NCBI GenBank assembly: GCA_964634885.1
Contig: CAZWLN010000007.1
Location: 1,008-65,007, forward strand
Length of the DNA stretch: 64,000 nucleotides
Direction of reading: 5' to 3'
Source: an uncultured Hyphomicrobiales bacterium
GTDB lineage: Bacteria > Bacteroidota > Ignavibacteria > Kapaibacteriales > UBA2268
Of this stretch, positions 57,619 to 64,000 are shown piece after piece. Every line of letters begins with the position of its first letter. Position 1 is the stretch's first letter. The notes beneath the pieces were generated by a model, which was not told the origin of the DNA, searched no databases, and saw nothing but the letters and a program-made list of their open reading frames with translations. Both the position numbers and the translations under genes were made by a program.

Positions 57619-58149
57619 ATGAATGAAAAACTGATTGCAGCCTGCAAAATGACAGGCCTGGCCCTGTTAATAAGTTTTATGCTTGCTTCCTGTGGTTCTG
57701 TCAACAGCGTTGAAAACCCTGAAAAAATGTATGTCGAGAGCGGGACCGTAGATTACATCATCGGGAAAATGCAGCGCTTTTACCATGATACCATTCCCGG
57801 AACCTTCGATGTAACCTATGATCGGAACAGTAATATATTCGTGAAGGATCTTCCGGCGATATGGAGTGTTCTCGGCTATTCTACAAAAGAGCTTAACAAG
57901 CTCGATTACAAGGAAGTCAACACCTATCTCAAGAAAGGCCCTGTCGTCGTCATCTATTCGAAGCCGATATTCCTGTGGTTCGGCTCGAAACTCGTATTGG
58001 CAAGAGTCTTCAGGGTGGACGGCTACAGGGACGGCACCTACGCCGCCTTCATCGACAACCCGGACTCGCAGAAGGAAACAGTAATCGAATACACCAGGAT
58101 TGTCGAACCTGACTATCTGACATTCATCGCACTCAGCCCCATGCCGTAA
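57619..58149 (+). CDS. Hypothetical lipoprotein
   Basis: AGGAGG RBS 6 nt before the ATG at 57619. Lipobox 'MLASCGS'. No known motif. Confidence 0.5.
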   Translation: MNEKLIAACKMTGLALLISFMLASCGSVNSVENPEKMYVESGTVDYIIGKMQRFYHDTIPGTFDVTYDRNSNIFVKDLPAIWSVLGYSTKELNKLDYKEVNTYLKKGPVVVIYSKPIFLWFGSKLVLARVFRVDGYRDGTYAAFIDNPDSQKETVIEYTRIVEPDYLTFIALSPMP

Positions 58150-58238
58150 TCATTTCCTCCTGTTATCTTAAGAATATTTGTAACATTTCTACATTTATTG
58201 CCGTATTACACACATTTTGAAACAACAACGAGAAGAAA

Positions 58239-59306
58239 ATGACATTAGAAGAATTGGGTTACAGCGAAAGAATCGGGAAGCTGATGGAAGAAGGAGGCTT
58301 CGAAGGCTTCGAACCCGGCAGAGTGCTTGCCGAGCACAAAGAACGGTACATCGTAGCTGCTGCCTCCGGCGAATATGAGGCGGAAATAACCGGCAACCTG
58401 CGCTTCTCTGCCGAAAACCGGGAAGACTTCCCTGCCGTCGGCGACTGGGTAGCCCTGACTGCCTGTGACAGCGATTTTGCCGTAATCCACGCGGTACTAC
58501 CGAGGTACTCGATCATCAAAAGACGGGCCGTAGGACAGTTCGGGGAGGTCCAGGTCATTGGCGCAAACATCGACTATGCTTTCCTGGTGCAGGCCGTGGA
58601 CAGGGATTTCAACATCAACAGGCTGGAACGCTACCTTACCATTTGTAACTCTTCGCGTGTGGAACCGGTAATACTCCTTACCAAGACCGACCTTGCCGAG
58701 GAGGCTTACGTTGCTGAAATTACCGGCAGCATCAGGGCCCGAATCGCCAGTGTGCCGGTCGTCGCAGTAAGCAACAGTACCCGGAACGGCTACGAAACGC
58801 TCACGTCGTTAATAGAGTCCGGAAGAACATACTGTATGCTCGGCTCCTCAGGCGTCGGCAAATCCACCCTGCTGAACAACCTGACCGGCAGGGACATGAT
58901 GAGAACCGACTCCATCAGCCAAAGTACCAACAAAGGCAGGCACGTTACCAGCCACAGGGAATTGACCGTGCTGGACAACGGGGGAATACTGATTGACAAC
59001 CCCGGCATGAGGGAAGTGGGAATTGCAGATACGGCAGACGGCCTTGAGGTAACATTCGACATAATTGCCGGACTGGCAGGGGATTGCAAATACAAAGACT
59101 GCACCCATACGCAGGAAGACGGATGCGCCGTACTGGAAGCCCTCGACAACGGAGAAATCGACAGGGGCCACTACGAAAACTACCTGAAAATCGAAAAAGA
59201 GAGGTCCTATTTTGAGTCATCGCTGGTCGAAAGGCGAAAGAAAGACAAGGACTTCGGGAAAATGCTGAAGAATTACAAAAAAGACAAAAAACGCAATAAC
59301 TGGTAA
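58239..59306 (+). CDS. rsgA: Ribosome small-subunit-dependent GTPase A
   Basis: Circularly permuted GTPase. G-motifs 'LLTKTDL' (G4) precede 'GSSGVGKSTLLNNL' (G1) and 'DNPGMRE' (G3). C-terminal zinc finger 'CKYKDCTHTQEDGCAV'. Confidence 0.9.
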   Translation: MTLEELGYSERIGKLMEEGGFEGFEPGRVLAEHKERYIVAAASGEYEAEITGNLRFSAENREDFPAVGDWVALTACDSDFAVIHAVLPRYSIIKRRAVGQFGEVQVIGANIDYAFLVQAVDRDFNINRLERYLTICNSSRVEPVILLTKTDLAEEAYVAEITGSIRARIASVPVVAVSNSTRNGYETLTSLIESGRTYCMLGSSGVGKSTLLNNLTGRDMMRTDSISQSTNKGRHVTSHRELTVLDNGGILIDNPGMREVGIADTADGLEVTFDIIAGLAGDCKYKDCTHTQEDGCAVLEALDNGEIDRGHYENYLKIEKERSYFESSLVERRKKDKDFGKMLKNYKKDKKRNNW

Positions 59307-59504
59307 CGGCAGGAACCGGTCCTCAGGCAAAGGACGACGGGCCGGGAATGTTACAGGATTGTATTACCTTTGCCCAAACGCAACTCAATCATCGACTGCC
59401 GTTCCTTTTTTCCGCCACCGGAATTTATTAGGATATTTCAGTTTTTTAAATCATATTATACACATGAAAAGTGTATGATTTATATAAGTATATTTTAATA
59501 AATA

Positions 59505-60392
59505 TTGGTGTTTATGAAACAGGATACAACCCGGGAAAATTACTATCCCAAGTGGCTTGACAGGAATGAATACCCGTTCGAAAGCCATTACTTCCAATTG
59601 CCTGCAGGCAGAATGCACTACATCGACGAAGGCAGTGGCGAGCCGATCGTACTCTTACACGGCAATCCCGGCTGGAGCTTCGAGTACAGGCATGTCATCA
59701 AAGAGCTGTCAAAGACAAACCGTTGCATCGCCATTGACCACATAGGCTTCGGCCTGTCGGACAAACCCTCTGACTTTGACTACCTCCCGGCAAGCCAGGC
59801 AAAGAACTTCGAGTTGTTCATGGACAGCATGAACCTGGAAAACATCACAATGACTTTCAACGACTGGGGCGGGCCAATCGGCCTTTCCTATGCCATCAGA
59901 CACCCGGAAAAATTCAGGAAGCTGGTTTTCATGAACACCTGGCTCTGGTCTGTGGAAGATGACCCATATTACAGGAAATTCAGCGGTTTTATGGGCGGAT
60001 GGCTTGGGAGGTTTTTAATTAAAAACTTCAATGTCTTCGCCGGAGCATTCCTGAAACAGGTATTCGGAGACAGGAACAAGCTTACTAAGCCTATCCACAG
60101 GCACTATTCAAAACACCTGGCAACACGGAAAGAAAGAAAAGGCTGCTATACTTTTCCAAAGCATATCATTGCTTCGTCAAAGTGGCTCGACAGCCTGTGG
60201 CAGCAGCACGAAAAGATCAATACTATTCCTGCTGCTTTCGTCTGGGGCATGAAAGACATTGCTTTCAGGGAGAAAGAACTCAATTACTGGATTGAACACT
60301 GGAACAACCCGAAAGTCGTCAGGCTCGACAACGTAGGCCATTACCCGCAGGAAGAGTCCCCGGACGACGTAATCAGGGAATTGAGAAGTTAA
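59505..60392 (+). CDS. Alpha/beta hydrolase (haloalkane dehalogenase/epoxide hydrolase-like)
   Basis: 'GEPIVLLHGNPGWSFEYRHVI' is an HGxP oxyanion motif. Nucleophile region 'NDWGGPIGLSYA'. C-terminal 'VGHYPQEE' contains the catalytic His. Confidence 0.8.
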   Translation: MVFMKQDTTRENYYPKWLDRNEYPFESHYFQLPAGRMHYIDEGSGEPIVLLHGNPGWSFEYRHVIKELSKTNRCIAIDHIGFGLSDKPSDFDYLPASQAKNFELFMDSMNLENITMTFNDWGGPIGLSYAIRHPEKFRKLVFMNTWLWSVEDDPYYRKFSGFMGGWLGRFLIKNFNVFAGAFLKQVFGDRNKLTKPIHRHYSKHLATRKERKGCYTFPKHIIASSKWLDSLWQQHEKINTIPAAFVWGMKDIAFREKELNYWIEHWNNPKVVRLDNVGHYPQEESPDDVIRELRS

Positions 60393-60561
60393 CGCGATGG
60401 TATCGGGCTATTGATCATTTCCCAACACCTGTGGTTAACGGGATTACTGCCAGGTAGCGAGAGAGAGCATATTTCATTATCATGATTTACATTACAATTT
60501 TTCCCTTGTTACTGAGTGTCATTACTATTGAAAAAGTATGTATTTGATTGAAGGTAAAGCG

Positions 60562-61032
60562 ATGCAGAGTATTAAACCGTGCCTGTGGTTTGACAGTCAG
60601 GCAGAAGAAGCTGTGAATTTCTATTGCAGCATATTCAAAAACTCAGCCGTCATTCAAACGAGCCGCTACGGTGACGGCGCCCCCTTCGAGAAAGGCACAG
60701 TCCTGACGATCGGCTTCACACTCGACGGACAGCAATTCCTGGCTATGAACGGCGGGCCGATGTACTCGTTTACTCCTGCCATATCATTAGTGAAACAATG
60801 TGAAACGCAGGAAGAAATCGATTATTACTGGGAGCGCCTGTGCGATGGCGGCAAGCCCCTGAACTGCGGATGGCTGACGGACAGGTACGGCGTTACCTGG
60901 CAGATTGTCCCGTCCTTCATCGGCGATATGTTAACCGATCCCGACGACGAAAGGACAAAAAGAGTAACGACAGAATTGTTGAAAATGGTGAAGTTGGATA
61001 TTGCAAAATTAAAAGAAGCCTGGAACAGTTAA
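60562..61032 (+). CDS. VOC-family protein, PhnB-like (3-demethylubiquinone-9 3-methyltransferase domain)
   Basis: 'IKPCLWFDSQAEEAVNFYCSIF' and 'CGWLTDRYGVTWQIVP' are typical of PhnB-like glyoxalase-fold proteins. Start taken at 'MQSIKP', which has an AAGG RBS. Confidence 0.8.
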   Translation: MQSIKPCLWFDSQAEEAVNFYCSIFKNSAVIQTSRYGDGAPFEKGTVLTIGFTLDGQQFLAMNGGPMYSFTPAISLVKQCETQEEIDYYWERLCDGGKPLNCGWLTDRYGVTWQIVPSFIGDMLTDPDDERTKRVTTELLKMVKLDIAKLKEAWNS

Positions 61033-61064
61033 AAGAATCAATTCAGCTAAACAAAAGGAATGTC

Positions 61065-61469
61065 ATGAAACTTAAACCTGTCTCAAAATTCAATAATCAC
61101 GAGGAATATATTGCCCTTCAGTGCGAACCGGCACAAAGCATGCTGAAGCAGGTACGGGAGGCTGTTAAGGCAATCATTCCCGATGCGGAAGAAGTCATCA
61201 GCTATCAGATGCCTGCTTTTCGTCTTCGCACCATCATTGTCTGGTACGCCGCCTTTACGAACCACATCGGCTTCTACCCTACTGCTTCGGGCATTGAGGC
61301 TTTCAAAGATGAACTGGCTCCGTACAAAAGCTCTAAAGGCGCAGTACAGTTCCCCTTTGGCAAGCCCCTCCCACTCGAGCTCATCAGCCGAATCGTCCGC
61401 TTCCGGGTGGAGGAAGAACAGGGGAAAGGAAAAACCAAAAAACTAATTAATCAACCATCCAAACAATAA
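61065..61469 (+). CDS. DUF1801 (YdhG-like) domain protein. Its 3' end is rewritten by the insertion of the downstream cassette.
   Basis: 'YQMPAFRLRTIIVWYAAFTNHIGFYP' and 'KGAVQFPFGKPLPLELISRIVRFRVEE' fit DUF1801. The present C-terminus '...VEEEQGKGKTKKLINQPSKQ' reads across a direct repeat into AT-rich DNA. A second copy of the repeat, 1.77 kb downstream, would encode '...VEEELGKGKK*'. Confidence 0.7.
   Translation: MKLKPVSKFNNHEEYIALQCEPAQSMLKQVREAVKAIIPDAEEVISYQMPAFRLRTIIVWYAAFTNHIGFYPTASGIEAFKDELAPYKSSKGAVQFPFGKPLPLELISRIVRFRVEEEQGKGKTKKLINQPSKQ
61395..61436. repeat. Left copy of a ~42-bp imperfect direct repeat ('gtccgcttccgggtggaggaagaacaggggaaaggaaaaacc') flanking the AT-rich cassette
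   Basis: It matches 63204-63245 ('gtccggttccgggtggaggaagaactgggaaaaggaaagaag') at roughly 37 of 42 positions. Confidence 0.85.
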
Positions 61470-61535
61470 ACTGATTATTTCGTTAAATATATTATATTTG
61501 TTTGTTTTATTATGATAAATGTAATTGAAAGAAAT

Positions 61536-62258
61536 ATGAAATTACCAAAGAAAATCAGCAAATGTCCCATAATTGATGCGGTAATTGAAATACGATTCGA
61601 ATCAAGTATAAATTCGAATGCCATATTCGGAATAATATATAGTTGTTTACAGGCAGAGTATCCAAAAGTCGAGACACTGCCAATTCTCCAGGTTCCGGAA
61701 CCTTTACGTGAGAATGACCCGGTCTTCAAATATAAACCTCATTATAAGATTTCAGATGATCAATATACAATACAAATCGGATCCGATGTAATTGCTTTTG
61801 GATCAGTGATTCCATATCCGGGTTGGACTGAATTTAGTAGAAAGTTCCAAAGTAATTTTGATAACATATTAAAAACAGGTATTATTCATAAGGTAATCAG
61901 ATTAGGTGTAAGATATATTAATTATTTTGACAATAACATTTTCGATAATGTTATATTGGAATTTAAATCTACCGACAATATTCTGAATCTGCCAACCGGC
62001 AATACAGTCATTCGGACAGATGTACCCTGCAATTCCTATACATCTACATTGCAAATTACTAACAATGCTAAAATTGATCCCGAAAATGAAATTGTTGGTT
62101 CATTAATCGATATTGATACTTTCAAAATATATCAGGACATGTCCTTTTTGAATTCCTACAAATCTGAGATTCAGAATGCACATAATATTGAAAAAGAACT
62201 GTTTTTTAGTATTCTTAAGCAGGATTATATAAATTCATTAGAGCCCGTATATGAGTAA
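61536..62258 (+). CDS. Cassette gene A: hypothetical protein (~241 aa), AT-rich, first gene of a coupled three-gene operon. It is possibly related to the 'sporadically distributed' TIGR04255-type proteins.
   Basis: ORF in the track (start chosen at 'MKLPKK'). The N-terminus 'CPIIDAVIEIRFES' resembles the remembered TIGR04255 N-terminal motif (P-I-x-E-A-V-x-E-I-R-F); this is low-confidence and from memory. The stop overlaps the gene B start by 8 nt. Confidence 0.5.
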   Translation: MKLPKKISKCPIIDAVIEIRFESSINSNAIFGIIYSCLQAEYPKVETLPILQVPEPLRENDPVFKYKPHYKISDDQYTIQIGSDVIAFGSVIPYPGWTEFSRKFQSNFDNILKTGIIHKVIRLGVRYINYFDNNIFDNVILEFKSTDNILNLPTGNTVIRTDVPCNSYTSTLQITNNAKIDPENEIVGSLIDIDTFKIYQDMSFLNSYKSEIQNAHNIEKELFFSILKQDYINSLEPVYE

Positions 62259-62565
62259 TACTAACCTAACAAAGAATTTTTTACCTTTTATATTGATTGG
62301 GTCTTCATTAATGAACTTCCAATATGATAACGGCAGTACTATTACAGGCTCCAGCCATTCACTTACTCCATCAATTATTGCTAATTATAAGAATTTAACT
62401 ACCAGCAAATATGAAATAAATACCAATGTGATTGCCAAACAGTTAAGTAATATGGATCAAGCCAGAGTATTTTCCGATTTTATTGCGCAAATCATTACAC
62501 AATCAATTGATATTGATGAATCGGTTCAGAAAGTAATAAATGACAATTTCTGGGATTTGCTATGA
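62251..62565 (+). CDS. Cassette gene B: hypothetical small protein (104 aa)
   Basis: ORF with start and stop overlapping its neighbours (8-nt overlap with gene A, ATGA overlap with gene C). One hydrophobic stretch 'FLPFILIGSSLMNF'. No recognised motif. Confidence 0.45.
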   Translation: MSNTNLTKNFLPFILIGSSLMNFQYDNGSTITGSSHSLTPSIIANYKNLTTSKYEINTNVIAKQLSNMDQARVFSDFIAQIITQSIDIDESVQKVINDNFWDLL

Positions 62566-63188
62566 ATCTTGATGACATTAAGGACTTTTTACCAAAATAT
62601 CTCACTCCCGCTTCAACAGAAGAACTATATAAAGGACTTAATCAATTCCCGGATAATATTTCGAAAATGAATTTCTATACCTCATATTTAAAGAATGATC
62701 CTATAATCTACCAGGGCGATTGTATAAAAGATATGATTGTTGTTAATTTGCCTGCCACCCAAAAAAAAGAGGTGCCTGCAATCATTATTTCTAACACTTG
62801 CGATGCCGATCTTAACAATTCAAGGAATTATCAATCTCATTTGGTTTATTCGCCAATTATTAATCTGAATTCTTTTAAACAAACGTTATTAGTTTCTGGT
62901 CTATTGCCTGAAAAGGTTGATGAATTAATTTACAACATTAAAAAACAAAGAATTACATCAATATTTTACCTGCCTAAATATGATCCCTCATTTGATGAAT
63001 CGATAATATTTTTCGATCGAATTTATAATATTGGGAATACATATATAAATAGAAACGACTTGAATAAGATACGGATTTTCTCATTAAGTAATTATGGCCA
63101 TTATTTATTTCTAATTAAGTTTTCTATGCATTATACGCGTTTCAATGAAAAAGTCGATAGGAAGTCGTTCAATCAACAGCAATACTGA
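62562..63188 (+). CDS. Cassette gene C: hypothetical protein (208 aa)
   Basis: ORF translationally coupled to gene B (ATGA). No recognised catalytic motif. It ends 15 bp before the right direct repeat. Confidence 0.5.
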   Translation: MNLDDIKDFLPKYLTPASTEELYKGLNQFPDNISKMNFYTSYLKNDPIIYQGDCIKDMIVVNLPATQKKEVPAIIISNTCDADLNNSRNYQSHLVYSPIINLNSFKQTLLVSGLLPEKVDELIYNIKKQRITSIFYLPKYDPSFDESIIFFDRIYNIGNTYINRNDLNKIRIFSLSNYGHYLFLIKFSMHYTRFNEKVDRKSFNQQQY

Positions 63189-63203
63189 TAATTACATTTA
63201 CAG

Positions 63204-63245
63204 TCCGGTTCCGGGTGGAGGAAGAACTGGGAAAAGGAAAGAAGT
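63204..63245. repeat. Right copy of the direct repeat flanking the cassette. It carries the displaced original 3' end (encoding ...VEEELGKGKK, then a stop) of the DUF1801 gene.
   Basis: See 61395-61436. Translating through this copy gives 'R V E E E L G K G K K *'. Confidence 0.85.
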
Positions 63246-63340
63246 GACAGAAGGCTATCCAATTAGTAATATCAAAGTTCACCATTAGACAATATAACCG
63301 TATATCTTCCCGTTAAATAGTATTTTTTGTTGGAATTTTA

Positions 63341-64000
63341 TGAAATCGATAATTGTTTTCCTTGTACCAATCATCTGCTTGCTTGGATTCACGAGCCAAA
63401 CCGATAGTTTATCCTACGGAATGACCGATGCAGTTCGGTACAGCAGTCAGGAAGACAGTGCAGAGGCCGGAACCCGACAGAATGGAACCGGCACAGCAAA
63501 CCTGAAGCCTGTTTGCGGCTATCGTTTTGCCATCGACGGAGACTTCGACGGCGACGGGAACAAGGAAACACTGGTCGAGCACTATTACAGTATGCTTGAG
63601 AAGAGTGAAACCAACAAATACTACGAAGGCCTCGAAGACTACGATCGACTGGTTGATCTTACCGTTCGGAAGAAACCATATTCATTTGTTGTTTCCGATA
63701 ATCAACTCATAGATACTTTAAGAATTTCAACAAACGAACAGTTGTTAGGCCTTTCTTTCCTGAAAAACGAAGGCGACCTGAACGGCGACGGCAACGACGA
63801 AGTATCTTATGTTGTTGACTGGGCAGACTGGTCCAATATCAACACATGGCATATCATGACATACAGGCATAATAAATGGCAGGAAATGTATTCTTTCACC
63901 ATCTGGGACTGGCAACTGCCCGATTTACCTCAAAACAACAAAGACTATTCCTGTATGGGATTATTCGACGGTGTGGCAGTTGTTACCGACGACAGTACGA
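63341..64000 (+). CDS. Secreted hypothetical protein with FG-GAP/Ca-binding-like 'DGDGNxE' repeats (partial, runs off the window end)
   Basis: Signal peptide 'MKSIIVFLVPIICLLGFTSQ'. Motifs 'IDGDFDGDGNKETLV' and 'EGDLNGDGNDEVSYVV'. No stop before position 64000. Confidence 0.5.

Noticed and set aside
61512-61535. Longer N-terminus for cassette gene A (MINVIERN...)
   Set aside because: The sequence 'ataaatgtaattgaaagaaat' upstream of the MKLPKK Met looks like an RBS region. The start remains ambiguous, and the span 61512-62258 is also plausible.
1-64000. tRNA/rRNA genes
   Set aside because: No cloverleaf-compatible stretch or conserved T-loop 'GTTCGAATC'-type motif was found in the intergenic regions, and no rRNA-like conserved blocks.

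Overview
This 64-kb window looks like a chromosomal region of a Bacteroidota/FCB-type bacterium at roughly 50% GC, with type IX secretion (T9SS) well represented. The reading is by eye from the sequence and the supplied ORF track; no searches were run and all coordinates are approximate. Housekeeping genes recognised by motif: glyA, parA/parB, uvrA, kup, rsgA, a NUDIX hydrolase, cheW, pirin, a thioesterase, two S9 peptidases, a DUF255 thioredoxin-domain protein, a FabI-like SDR, a multi-PAS histidine kinase, a receiver-only response regulator, an MDR oxidoreductase, an alpha/beta hydrolase, and a PhnB-like VOC + DUF1801 pair. T9SS content: a 2290-aa SprA-like translocon, a PorV/PorQ-like barrel, and three large cargo proteins carrying the Por C-terminal sorting domain. 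Several things the gene list does not explain: (1) an AT-rich, translationally coupled three-gene cassette (61.5-63.2 kb) of unrecognisable proteins, inserted at the 3' end of the DUF1801 gene and bracketed by a ~40-bp direct repeat of that gene's 3' end; (2) a second AT-rich cassette (50.7-53.2 kb, lipoprotein + beta-barrel-like protein) bracketed by a radical SAM/SPASM gene on one side and a decayed copy of that gene's 3' end on the other; (3) an orphan radical SAM/SPASM maturase; (4) a GC-rich orphan Imm5-like immunity gene; (5) a modular family of GC-rich palindromic interspersed and tandem repeats in the intergenic spaces between 30.9 and 43 kb; (6) a small lysine-rich, Cys-motif secreted protein; and (7) a lone DUF2281-like antitoxin. 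No rRNA, tRNA or CRISPR was seen.
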